Positions 28,313 through 37,611 of a stretch of 64,000 bases of DNA are shown here, in pieces. How positions within the stretch are numbered: position 1 is the stretch's first letter; each line of letters opens with the position of its first letter. Location of the stretch: positions 448,001-512,000 of the forward strand of contig CAWFQK010000002.1 of assembly GCA_963817955.1 (NCBI GenBank), read 5' to 3'. The notes beneath the pieces are model-generated. The model was not told the DNA's origin. It saw only the letters and a program-made list of their open reading frames with translations, and made no database searches. Both the position numbers and the translations under genes were made by a program. Source of the DNA: an uncultured Gemmatimonadaceae bacterium. Its GTDB lineage: Bacteria; Gemmatimonadota; Gemmatimonadetes; Gemmatimonadales; Gemmatimonadaceae.

Positions 28313-29235
28313 CGGGCTGCGACCACTGGCACAAATCGCACGTCCGCGGGCATGCCAATCTTTAGAATACCTTTCTCGTTGGGCACGCGGATCTTGATCG
28401 CGTACACGAGATTACGCCGCTCGTCGACCGTCTGGATGGGGGTTGGCGTGAACTCAGCGTCAGACGAGATCCACGACACCTGGCCAGGCAGCGACAGCCG
28501 CGGTTCGGATCCGTTCGCCACGTCCACCGTGACCCGAGCCTCCTGGCCGAGCCGCACGTGTGCGAGCTGAGGTTCGGTGACGTAGGCACGGAGCTCCAGC
28601 GTGTCGAGATTCGCGATCTTGTATAGCGGCTGGCCGGGCTGGACGAACTCCCCCGCCTTGGTGTAGGTGGCCAGCACCGTTCCGCTCACCGGATTCGACA
28701 CCGCGCTCCGCGTGATCTGATCGCGCACCTGCGCCATGCGGGCGGCGTTCGACGCAACATCCTGGGTGGCGGACTGGCGCTGCGCGTGTGCAGCGTCGAG
28801 TTGCGCGCCGAGAACACGGAAGTCGCGCTCGGCCTGATCGAGCTGTTGAGCGGTGGCGGCTTTCTGGTCGAACAGCCGACGCGTGCGGTCGTACGTCCGC
28901 TGTGCGATCTGGCGCTGCACCTCCAGCACGCCGATCTGTTGCGTCACTTCGTTGACGTGCGACGCCGCGCCCGAGCGTTGTGCGAACACCTGCTGCAGTT
29001 GGAGCAGCAGCGGCGTCGTATCGATCACCGCCATCGGCACGCCGGCCGCAAGCCGATTCCCCTCCACCGGAACGAATTTCAGCAGACGCCCCGACGTCTC
29101 GGCGCCGACGACGACTTCTGTGGCCTCCATGTTCCCATAGGCATCGGGAGCGGGACCGCGCGCGCAACCGGCCAGCGCGAGCATCGCGACGAGCCCACTC
29201 ACCGTGTGCCTCGACTGAGTCCAGAACATGTTCAA
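28309..29235 (-). CDS. HlyD family membrane fusion protein (YbhG-like)
   Basis: Lipobox LAGC, lipoyl-hybrid halves, alpha-hairpin, AEFTP..IQT..ER..LVY, LKIGMPA. Confidence 0.92.
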   Translation of the reverse strand: MNMFWTQSRHTVSGLVAMLALAGCARGPAPDAYGNMEATEVVVGAETSGRLLKFVPVEGNRLAAGVPMAVIDTTPLLLQLQQVFAQRSGAASHVNEVTQQIGVLEVQRQIAQRTYDRTRRLFDQKAATAQQLDQAERDFRVLGAQLDAAHAQRQSATQDVASNAARMAQVRDQITRSAVSNPVSGTVLATYTKAGEFVQPGQPLYKIANLDTLELRAYVTEPQLAHVRLGQEARVTVDVANGSEPRLSLPGQVSWISSDAEFTPTPIQTVDERRNLVYAIKIRVPNEKGILKIGMPADVRFVPVVAAR

Positions 29236-30554
29236 TGCACCTCCAAGCCAAGCGTCGTCAAGAAGTGGGCGCGCGTCTGCGTGAGGTCTATACGATGCTG
29301 CGCGCGCGCCAGTCGAGCGGTGAGCAGATCGGTGCTACGGTCGGTGTAGTCGGCGGCCGTCACGACTCCTTCTTCGAACCGAATGCGCGTCTCGCGCTCC
29401 ACCAATTCACGCAGGGCAATGATCCGGTCGTCGGCGGCGAGCGTGGAGTCGAGCCGTGCGATGGTGGAGACGTCGCTCTCGATGCTCCGCCGGATCTGGC
29501 GCGTGAATGCCGCCTCGTTGGTGGTCACGATGTCCCGCTGTAATGCGAGGACCTCACGATCGCGCGATGTCGAGCCCCACGTCCAAGGCATCCACTGCAC
29601 CTGCAGACCCGCCAACCAATACGTCTCGAAGCTGGTGTTCAGCATGTTGAGTCCGGGACGTCCGTAGCCCCACCGGCCAAACGCCGAGAGCTTTGGCTTG
29701 TCCTGCGCGGCATCGACGGTTTCCTGCGTCGACAGACGCGCACGAGTGGCGGCAAACTGCGCATACTCCGGCCGGGAGCGGAGCCCATCGACCGCATTCG
29801 AAGCTTGCGCCGATTCAGCCACGAGATCCGAATATCCAAGACGTACGTCGTCCGCGACGGGCCGCCCGATCAGATCTCCGAGCCGCGCCAGCGCGGCGTG
29901 TCGGTCGGCGCCAAGCTGCAGTGAGTCTTGCTGGCGCTGTAGCAGCGTCGCGGCAAGAATGGCCGTGTCGCTCGGCAATGCCGTGCCACCGCGCACACGA
30001 TCGCGCGCATCGCGGAGCCGCTCCCGGAGGTCCTGCATCGCAATCTCGACCTCCGTGGACCTTGCCTGTAGCGACGCGGCAGCAAAGAATGCGTCGTTCA
30101 CCTCCTGGCGTAGTCCAAAGAGAGTGGCGCGTACCTGCGACTCCGATTCCGCGAGCTGCGTGCGCTCGAGCGCTTCGCGTGGGGAGATGGTGGGGTCGAG
30201 GATCGGTTGCTGCGCGTTGACGTGTCCGTCGTACGTATCGTGCGGCTGCGTGGGGATGTGCAGATTGGGCGGAAGCGCTGCGCTGAAGCCCGTGACATCG
30301 GATTGATACTGTCCCTGTCCATTGATGCTGAGCGCTGGATACCAGCTCGTGGCCAACGTGCGCAGCCGAAGCGCGGATTGACGCGCTTGAAGCTCGAGCT
30401 GCCGGCCGCGCGGATCCGCCGCCACCGCTTGGACCTGGGCGATGCCGAGCGACAGGGAATCGCCGGCGATGGTCTGCTGTGCATTTAGCTGCGGCGTATG
30501 CACCGCAAGCATTGCGGCGCCGGCGAGCGCGGTGATCTGGTGCGTTGCTCTCAT
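29232..30554 (-). CDS. TolC family outer membrane efflux protein
   Basis: Signal peptide, two OEP-like repeats (GTALPSD; FEEGVVTAADY), operon context. Confidence 0.85.
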   Translation of the reverse strand: MRATHQITALAGAAMLAVHTPQLNAQQTIAGDSLSLGIAQVQAVAADPRGRQLELQARQSALRLRTLATSWYPALSINGQGQYQSDVTGFSAALPPNLHIPTQPHDTYDGHVNAQQPILDPTISPREALERTQLAESESQVRATLFGLRQEVNDAFFAAASLQARSTEVEIAMQDLRERLRDARDRVRGGTALPSDTAILAATLLQRQQDSLQLGADRHAALARLGDLIGRPVADDVRLGYSDLVAESAQASNAVDGLRSRPEYAQFAATRARLSTQETVDAAQDKPKLSAFGRWGYGRPGLNMLNTSFETYWLAGLQVQWMPWTWGSTSRDREVLALQRDIVTTNEAAFTRQIRRSIESDVSTIARLDSTLAADDRIIALRELVERETRIRFEEGVVTAADYTDRSTDLLTARLARAQHRIDLTQTRAHFLTTLGLEVH

Positions 30555-31234
30555 GGCCTGAGTCCCCTCAGGTAGAACTCGGGCAGCTCTTTCTTCCGGC
30601 GCGTGATGAAGCGGCGGAAGGCATCATCGTCCATCTGCAGGGCGAAGCCGAGCATGGGCCGGGCGACGAAGGGGAAGATGCAGAGGCCGAGCAGGTTGAC
30701 GATGAAGTCCTCAATGGCGATCGGGCGGATGGTACCGGCGCGCACCGCCGCTTTGACTTTGGCGTCGATCACCTTGAACACGCGCAGGCGCAGCGCGGCG
30801 AGGTCGACTCCGCCGCCGGCTTGCATGGCGCCGAGCAACCGCTCCGGATGTTGGTGCAGCTCGCCGACGACGTATGGCGCGAAATACGGGTGCTGGAGGA
30901 GGAGATCGAGATACAGCGCGACAATGCGACGCACGATGTGCTCGAGTGCGGCGTCTTCGGCAATGATCTCGGTGAGGGGCGGCACGAACGCCGAGGCGAC
31001 GCGGCCGAAAATGACGGCGGCGAGGCGGTCCTTGTTGCGGAAGTAGTAGTGGAGGAGCGCCTTGTTGACGCCGGCCTCGTCGGCGATCTCCTGCATGCGG
31101 GCGCCGGCGGTGCCGCGGCGGAGGAAGACCGAGTGGGCGGCGTCGAGAATGCGGGCCTCGGTATCGAGGTCGTGCGCGGCGGCGGTCGAGGGGCGGGTCG
31201 CCGTGCGGCGCCGCTGACCAGCGGGTTTAGCCAT
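30551..31234 (-). CDS. TetR/AcrR family transcriptional regulator
   Basis: RILDAA..F...G....MQEIADEAGVNKALLHYYFRNK. Confidence 0.95.
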   Translation of the reverse strand: MAKPAGQRRRTATRPSTAAAHDLDTEARILDAAHSVFLRRGTAGARMQEIADEAGVNKALLHYYFRNKDRLAAVIFGRVASAFVPPLTEIIAEDAALEHIVRRIVALYLDLLLQHPYFAPYVVGELHQHPERLLGAMQAGGGVDLAALRLRVFKVIDAKVKAAVRAGTIRPIAIEDFIVNLLGLCIFPFVARPMLGFALQMDDDAFRRFITRRKKELPEFYLRGLRP

Positions 31235-31260
31235 GTGGTTTGGTCATATGGTTAAACCAG
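31223..31260. promoter_or_regulatory. Putative TetR autoregulatory operator overlapping the start codon
   Basis: AT-rich imperfect dyad TGGTTT-GGT-CATATG-GTT-AAACCA plus an adjacent related copy (TTTAGCCATGTGGTTT). Confidence 0.55.
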
Positions 31261-31419
31261 GATACGACGAATGGACGCGAAGCGCAAGAGCGAGGGAGAC
31301 CGTGGGTGGTTCTTGCCGCAGCCGCCACTAGCGACTCGTTGGTCCCCAGTGGCCCCCACAACCAGCACGTCGATTCTCGATGGCTATTTGTGCGATCGGA
31401 TTCGATTGGCACCGCTCGC

Positions 31420-31890
31420 TTAGACTTTGCCCAAGAGAGAGCCGAGAGTCGCGTCGGCCTTTACCAACGCCGTACGAATGAGCGGCAGCGTCCGCACAAT
31501 CCAGCTGAGTGCCAGCGTTCGCTCGGCTTCTCCGGCAATCGCCGGATCGTACATTGAGCCCTTCCTGAGCCCGCGGATTTCCTCTGAGTCCGCAACAAGG
31601 TCTTCGAGAATATCACCACCGAGCGCCGCAGCGGCGTGAAACGTCATCTCGTGATGGCCCTGTCCCGAGGACGGTTTCAGCCCATGAACCGCAAGCAGCG
31701 CGAGCGCGGCGAGGTGTCCACCATCGTACGCAAGGCGAATCGCGCTATCGACGCTCAACTGCTTGATCGCGGCGTCGCACGCCGACTCGGTGGCTTTTTG
31801 CCAGACGGCCGCAACATCCACCTGCGCGAATTCTTGCTCCTTGAGCCGACGATCGTCGAGCAAGAGACGAATCCGGTCAGGGACGTTCAC
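31420..31890 (-). CDS. HEPN-like protein (putative toxin); start uncertain
   Basis: Helical protein with AY, G.GHH and R-x4-YD (RKGSMYD); lies downstream of an MNT gene. Confidence 0.65.
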   Translation of the reverse strand: MNVPDRIRLLLDDRRLKEQEFAQVDVAAVWQKATESACDAAIKQLSVDSAIRLAYDGGHLAALALLAVHGLKPSSGQGHHEMTFHAAAALGGDILEDLVADSEEIRGLRKGSMYDPAIAGEAERTLALSWIVRTLPLIRTALVKADATLGSLLGKV

Positions 31891-31945
31891 ACCGAGCCGA
31901 TACGTCACGGCGTTTGTCGGCCGTCGCTTGTCCGCGGCCACGCGC

Positions 31946-32653
31946 TCAGCCGCCCCTGACCTGATCGACCGAAATGCCAGCCGCGAGAGCGACGGGCGTG
32001 AGCGCCTCTGGAGTTCCAGCAACCCACTGCTTCGGACCTGTCAACACCTCGCGTACGAAGCGAGATCCAGGCAGCGTATGATTGCCCAAGCGCTCGGCCA
32101 ACGTCTCGAGCGTGTATCGAGTTGGATTGACTTCGCGACCAAGAAGTACAGCTGCTTCGGCGAGCTGTCGATGAAGCGCCTTCGGATCCGCCGCGACGCC
32201 TTCCACCACGAACACGTCGATGTCGCTGTCTGGACGAGCGGTTCCTTTTGCGCTCGAGCCGAAGACGAATGCCGCTTTCACGCCCGCAACGTCACAGAGA
32301 GAATCGCGCAACAATTCGGCCGGGTTGCTTGGATCCGCAATGAGAAATCGTATACCGCGCCAAAATCGCGAGTTCGGTTGCGCAACGTATCGAACAAGCC
32401 GACCGTCTACTACTCGCTTGAGCGCGCCAATCTCGGTCAGGTGATCCAAGTCGCGCTGTGCGGACGCGCCGCCGAGGCCGAGCGTCCGCTGCAACTCGCG
32501 TGCGTATGGCCGTGTCGCTGGATGCGTAGCGAAATATCGGACCGTTTTCTCAGCGGACGTCGGCACGCCGAGCGCATCGAGCATCGTAACAGGACGATCG
32601 GACGTCTTCTTGCTCTGCCCGACACGCCGAGCCCGCTTTTGGATCGTTGACAT
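31946..32653 (-). CDS. Winged-HTH + minimal nucleotidyltransferase (MNT) protein, putative antitoxin
   Basis: YARELQR.LG....SAQRDL..L wHTH; FGS-x10-DID (FGSSAKGTARPDSDIDVFVV); LGREV. Confidence 0.85.
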   Translation of the reverse strand: MSTIQKRARRVGQSKKTSDRPVTMLDALGVPTSAEKTVRYFATHPATRPYARELQRTLGLGGASAQRDLDHLTEIGALKRVVDGRLVRYVAQPNSRFWRGIRFLIADPSNPAELLRDSLCDVAGVKAAFVFGSSAKGTARPDSDIDVFVVEGVAADPKALHRQLAEAAVLLGREVNPTRYTLETLAERLGNHTLPGSRFVREVLTGPKQWVAGTPEALTPVALAAGISVDQVRGG

Positions 32654-32671
32654 GATCTATAATTTAGATCA
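32653..32671. promoter_or_regulatory. Palindromic operator over a -10-like box at the MNT start
   Basis: TGATCTA-TAATT-TAGATCA; minus-strand TAAATT lies 7 nt before the ATG. Confidence 0.6.
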
Positions 32672-32834
32672 ATCCCTCGATCCGAGCAACGGTCTAGAGA
32701 TGGTCAGCGCGCCTTCGCGATGCTCAATGAGCCAGACGGCGTGCGCCTCAATGACCTTCGCGAAGGTTCGGCGACGCGCGACGCGCGACCCAACGTCACC
32801 TGACCTCTGTGAAGATCATTGGGGGTACGAACGC

Positions 32835-34079
32835 CTACTTGGCGTTACGAAGCCAGAGTACGTACCAGGTCGGATGGGTATTTTTACGCAGGCTATGATC
32901 GTCCTGCACGCGGCACCTGCCGGTCATTCGTGCGGAGAGCAGGCCGCCGGGGTCAGTGAATGATGGATAGACCTCGACGAGATCGACATCACTTGCCGAG
33001 TAGGCACGCAGCGGCTGGAAGCGCTGTGTGGTGCCGTTGATGAGGAGGCAGCGGCTGATCGTATCGGCGTCGGTCTGTGGCGCCTTATCAACTGCGGCGG
33101 GGATGGGCTGGGCCTTTGCCCTACTCCGCACCGGCAAGTTTCCTGTAGAAGAAGATGGCGTGACCACAGGCGCGGCGCTCGAACCAGCCATCTGCAGGAC
33201 ACCACTCTGCGCATGCATTGTCGCGGCATTCTCCGCGGCCGGCACGCCAGCGAACGTGAGCGCCAGGTCGAGCCGCATTCCACCAAATCGCCGCAGGTCT
33301 TCGGAGCCAACGAGGATATCGCGCGCACCAGAACGCCACCGCTGGCGCGCGTCCAAGTCATCCCATGCCGCCTGGCTGCCACCGTAGCCGCTCCGTTCGC
33401 TCACCACGACCGGATCGAGCTGCGTCGGCAGTTGACGGATCTTGATTGCCAATTCCCGCTCGTCGCCGTCCTGGAGCTCTACCGCCAGCACGTTCGGCTC
33501 ATATCCTAGCTTTCGTACGCGTACCAGGTATTGTCCCACAGGCAGCTGTCGAAAGGCGAACCCGCCGTTTTCACGCGTGACGCCGATGCGATCGGCTCCG
33601 ATGAGCTGGACCTCGGCCTCGGCAATGGTGTTGCCCAGCGAGTCGACGACAAATCCCACAATCGCCGAGCGTCCGCGCATTTTCTTGTCTTCCTGGGCAC
33701 GGACGACGACCGGATCCAGGGTGTGCGGCAGGAGGCGCAGCGTAACCGCCACGTCCGTGCGCTCGTTGAACCGCGCCAACCAGGTGAACGAGGCCGTCGT
33801 GTAGCCGAGCTTTCGAAACAGCACGTCGTGAGAGCCCGGCGGGATGTCGGCGAGCGTGAATCGACCGTCCGCACCGGTGTGCGTCGTGCGTCGCTGATCC
33901 AGCGTCATGACCTCGGCGTCGGCCATGGGAGCACCGGTGGAGTCGCGCACGACACCGGCGAGCGACGCCAACGCAGGCGCCGGCGTACGTTGGCTATCAA
34001 TCTGCGCGCTTACGCCGGCCGCACGGACCGTAGCGAATGCCAGCGCAATCAGGAAACGGTGAAGCGGTATCGTTCGCAT
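32835..34079 (-). CDS. Exported protein with two carboxypeptidase-regulatory-like domains and a plug-like tail
   Basis: Signal peptide; two G.V.DS.G.P/T..AEV...G.F...G.Y/H...RKLGY repeats; VDLVEVY...VLW tail. Confidence 0.75.
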   Translation of the reverse strand: MRTIPLHRFLIALAFATVRAAGVSAQIDSQRTPAPALASLAGVVRDSTGAPMADAEVMTLDQRRTTHTGADGRFTLADIPPGSHDVLFRKLGYTTASFTWLARFNERTDVAVTLRLLPHTLDPVVVRAQEDKKMRGRSAIVGFVVDSLGNTIAEAEVQLIGADRIGVTRENGGFAFRQLPVGQYLVRVRKLGYEPNVLAVELQDGDERELAIKIRQLPTQLDPVVVSERSGYGGSQAAWDDLDARQRWRSGARDILVGSEDLRRFGGMRLDLALTFAGVPAAENAATMHAQSGVLQMAGSSAAPVVTPSSSTGNLPVRSRAKAQPIPAAVDKAPQTDADTISRCLLINGTTQRFQPLRAYSASDVDLVEVYPSFTDPGGLLSARMTGRCRVQDDHSLRKNTHPTWYVLWLRNAK

Positions 34080-34188
34080 GCCGCAACTTGTATGCAAAGG
34101 TGGATATGCGCAAGAGGAATTGCATAACACTTCCTGCTTCACCGCATGGCCCCCAATGGTCACACTGCCACCCTGGACGGTAGTGGGA

Positions 34189-34623
34189 TCAGATCGCCGT
34201 GGCGTGACGATCTGGTGCACGACTCCAGTCACGAGATGCTGTGATCCGGCAGCTGCATGTTAACCGGCCGGCGCCTGGGTCGAAGTCAGCGGGAAAATGG
34301 AGAACAGTCTTGTACGGTGGCTGGGGCATGACAGTCTGGGCGCGATAGACCTGACCTTCCCATACGACCTCGACCATGATCGTTCGACTCGTCCGCCGGG
34401 ATAACATGAAATCCCGGAACTCGCCGCCGGGAACCGACCCGAGCACGTCGCCGACACCGCTCGAGTCGGAGTATCGCACGCCGATGATGCGCCCAACGTC
34501 GTTTTGTACATTCAATAAGCATTGTTGCGGAAAGCAGGTCGTGAGCGCCGATGTCGACGGTCCTACCTGAAGCGACGCACACGCCGACGTCGCCACGATG
34601 CCCAGGGCGATGAGCGCACGCAT
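34189..34623 (-). CDS. Hypothetical lipoprotein
   Basis: MRALIALGIVATSAC lipobox; 3' end uncertain. Confidence 0.5.
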   Translation of the reverse strand: MRALIALGIVATSACASLQVGPSTSALTTCFPQQCLLNVQNDVGRIIGVRYSDSSGVGDVLGSVPGGEFRDFMLSRRTSRTIMVEVVWEGQVYRAQTVMPQPPYKTVLHFPADFDPGAGRLTCSCRITASRDWSRAPDRHATAI

Positions 34624-34853
34624 GGGTGAAAGCGACTGCATGGAACCCTCCGACGCGGGCGACCGCCAAGCGCAAGGTTCGATCCCTTCTCGCTCGCTGG
34701 CCGCGAGACCCGCAGTCCCGATCGCTTGCGCCCACCCCGCTCGATCATCGGGTCGAGTGCGCGAGCCTTGCCGCGGCCCTCCCAATTGGCCGATCCTGCG
34801 TTGCGCCGTATCTTCGGGTGGTCGCTGGCCAATCGACCGTCCGATCCCCTGAC

Positions 34854-36935
34854 ATGCTCCGATTTCTGTCCATTCCGCACGAGCCGCTCGCACGCTTCCG
34901 GCTGCTTTCCGTCTGGTTCGCGGCGGCGTTCGCGTTCATGCACGTCGGCCTGTTTGCGGTCGATTCGAGCCTCGCCCAGCCGCTGCGGTGGGGGGCAGCG
35001 GTCGCCGCGGCGCTGCTCGGCGCGTGGTGGCTGTACGGGTACCGTCGCGGCGGCTTTCCGATTGCCGGTTGGCTGGTCGATACGGTTCTGATGGTGTTGG
35101 TGGCGACAGAATCGCCCATGCCGGCGCGCGCGATCGGCCTGTTCTACGCTGGAATCCAGTTCCGGGCGCTGTACGTGCCACGCCGAGAACTGGCGCTGCT
35201 TCCCCTGTCGTACGCGATCGCGCGCGTCGCGTCGATCGCCATGGGGCCGAGCGATCAGTCCTTGACGGCACTCTCCGCATTGTCGTTCGTCCAGATCCTG
35301 GGGCTGACCGTCATCGCCGTCACCTTGCACCTCTTCGTTGAGGCGACTCAGCGGCAGGCCGTGATCGAGCAGGCGCTGAAGCGCAGCGACGAACGCTATC
35401 AACTCCTGGCCGGGGCGATGCGCGACGTCGTCTACGACTGGAACGTTGCGACGGGCACCATCGAATGGACAGAATCGATGCGGACCGTGTTCGGGATCGC
35501 ACCAGAGTCAGTCGGGACAACACTCGCGTGGTGGGTCGACCGCGTACATCCAGACGACCGCGCGACCCTCGAGCGCGGCGTCGCCGCCACGCTCGCTGAT
35601 CCGGCTGTCGCCCTGGAAACCGTTCAGTACCGCGTGCGTCGCGCCGACGACAGCTACGCGTACGTGTCGGGCAGCATGATCGTGCAGCGCACGGCGAGTG
35701 GCGTGGCGGAGCGCGTGGTGGGGTCCATTCGCGACGTCACCACTGAGCAGCAGCTCGAGGAGCGGCTCCGGCAGTCTCAGAAGATGGAAGCAGTTGGCCA
35801 GCTCGCTGGCGGCGTCGCGCACGACTTCAATAACATGCTCACCGTGGTCGGCGGGCACGTCTACATGCTCGAGCATTACCTGCCGGCCACGCCGCTCACC
35901 ACCAAACACCTGGGCGGGATCACGCAGGCGGCCGAGCGTGCCGCGTCGCTCACCAAGCAACTCCTCGCCTTTGGTCGCAAGCAGCTTCTCACCCCAACCC
36001 TGCTCAACCTCAACACCGTGGTCGGCGACGTGCTGGCGATGATGCAGCCCGTCCTCGGCGAGCATGTACAGATCGTCACACAGCGCGACCCGGTGCTCTC
36101 ACCGGTCTTCGCCGATTCGGGACAACTCGTGCAGGTGCTGGTGAACCTGGTGCTCAACGCGCGCGACGCCATGTCTGGCGGCGGCACGCTCACCATCGAA
36201 ACCAGAAATACGACAATCCAACCGTGGCCAGGTGATGTGACCGCGGCGCCGCTGCCGCCGGGCGATTATGCGCGACTGACCATTCGCGATACCGGCGCGG
36301 GCATGGACGCACAAACGCTCGCGCGCGCATTCGAGCCGTTCTTCACCACCAAGCCATACGGACAGGGCACGGGTCTCGGGCTGTCGACCGCGTACGGCAT
36401 TGTGAAGCAGTCGGGCGGCGACATTCAGGCAACGAGCGTACTCGGCGCCGGCTCGACCTTCACGATTCTCCTCCCTGTCGCGGAGCGCCCGGCGGACCAG
36501 TCCAGTCCGCATCTGCCGACGGCCGACGCCCACGCGGCGCTGACGTCGCGACAACTCCGCGTGTTATTGGTGGAGGACGACGAGTCCCTGCGCGCGTTCG
36601 CGCTGCAGGTCCTCAGCCATGCGGGCTGCCGCGTCCGTGCGGCATCCAACGGCGTCGACGCCCTCGATAAGGTGCGTGCACAGATTGCGTCGATCGACGT
36701 GGTCGTCACCGATGTTGTAATGCCCGAAATGGGAGGACGCGAACTGGTGAAACAGCTGCACCTGCGGCGGCCGGACCTCCCCGTGCTCTACATCACCGGG
36801 TACACTGACGATTTGCAAATGCTCACCGAGCTGCGCGCCACGAACGGGCGACTGCTCGAAAAGCCGTTCACCGCGAGCGCTCTGGAGTTAGCGGTGAACG
36901 AACTGGTGGAAGCAACCGAGGCCAGCGGCGCGTAA
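34854..36935 (+). CDS. Hybrid sensor kinase (membrane domain-PAS-HisKA-HATPase-REC)
   Basis: VHPDD PAS; QKMEAVGQLAGGVAHDFNN; NARDAM; DTGAGM; FFTTK; GTGLGL; receiver LVEDD/TDVVMP/EKPF. Confidence 0.95.
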   Translation: MLRFLSIPHEPLARFRLLSVWFAAAFAFMHVGLFAVDSSLAQPLRWGAAVAAALLGAWWLYGYRRGGFPIAGWLVDTVLMVLVATESPMPARAIGLFYAGIQFRALYVPRRELALLPLSYAIARVASIAMGPSDQSLTALSALSFVQILGLTVIAVTLHLFVEATQRQAVIEQALKRSDERYQLLAGAMRDVVYDWNVATGTIEWTESMRTVFGIAPESVGTTLAWWVDRVHPDDRATLERGVAATLADPAVALETVQYRVRRADDSYAYVSGSMIVQRTASGVAERVVGSIRDVTTEQQLEERLRQSQKMEAVGQLAGGVAHDFNNMLTVVGGHVYMLEHYLPATPLTTKHLGGITQAAERAASLTKQLLAFGRKQLLTPTLLNLNTVVGDVLAMMQPVLGEHVQIVTQRDPVLSPVFADSGQLVQVLVNLVLNARDAMSGGGTLTIETRNTTIQPWPGDVTAAPLPPGDYARLTIRDTGAGMDAQTLARAFEPFFTTKPYGQGTGLGLSTAYGIVKQSGGDIQATSVLGAGSTFTILLPVAERPADQSSPHLPTADAHAALTSRQLRVLLVEDDESLRAFALQVLSHAGCRVRAASNGVDALDKVRAQIASIDVVVTDVVMPEMGGRELVKQLHLRRPDLPVLYITGYTDDLQMLTELRATNGRLLEKPFTASALELAVNELVEATEASGA

Positions 36936-36949
36936 CATTCGGCAGGCCC

Positions 36950-37450
36950 TTACTCAGGATCAGTATCGGGTGGACTCGACGTCATACCCGGTGGAGGGCT
37001 CAGCAGCTTGGGCGACTCGTGGATGATCTTGCCGCCCAGATACGCCGTCCACGTGATCACGCCGAGTCCGACGGCAGCGAGCAGAACGACGACGGCACGT
37101 AGCCAAACCGGAGGCAGGCCCATCACCTCGCGGCGCAGCATTCTCCACCACGCGTACGCGCTCACCGCGCCCATCACGAGCACGACGGGGAGCGCGTATC
37201 CCGCTGCCTCATCGTGCGCGTCGACCATCGATCGGACGACGTACCACGTGTTGCGCAGTGCGTGCGCCGCCGCATTGCCGGTATAGAACGCCGGATAGAT
37301 GCTGAGGCCGGCCAACGTCAGCGTGGCAAGCGCATAGAGCCAAACGCTGCGGCGATTGCCAATGAGCGTCAGCACGAGCGCGGCACTTCCGACCACCGTG
37401 AGGATGATCGGGAAGTGGTTGACGAGCGGATGGATGTATGGCCAGTTCAT
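36950..37450 (-). CDS. DUF2231-like membrane protein
   Basis: HPLVNHFPI, TG, H and GG..IH conserved His pattern with 4 TMs. Confidence 0.7.
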   Translation of the reverse strand: MNWPYIHPLVNHFPIILTVVGSAALVLTLIGNRRSVWLYALATLTLAGLSIYPAFYTGNAAAHALRNTWYVVRSMVDAHDEAAGYALPVVLVMGAVSAYAWWRMLRREVMGLPPVWLRAVVVLLAAVGLGVITWTAYLGGKIIHESPKLLSPPPGMTSSPPDTDPE

Positions 37451-37611
37451 GACAAGCCCGGTTGCAGGTATGTAGGGCGCTGGGTCTCACCGGCGTTGCA
37501 TCATAGCGCGTGCCCGTTTCCAACGCTTCTCTCCACGGGAGTGTCGAAGTGACGTGGCGCCGCCACCCGTTATTGTCCACGAACGCCTTCATCCAGCGGC
37601 GGGAGCGTCCC

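Noticed and set aside
31260..37500. Integron cassette array or integrated element in the accessory-looking stretch
   Set aside because: No integrase, tRNA anchor, repeated attC-like sites or flanking direct repeats seen, and genes are in mixed orientation
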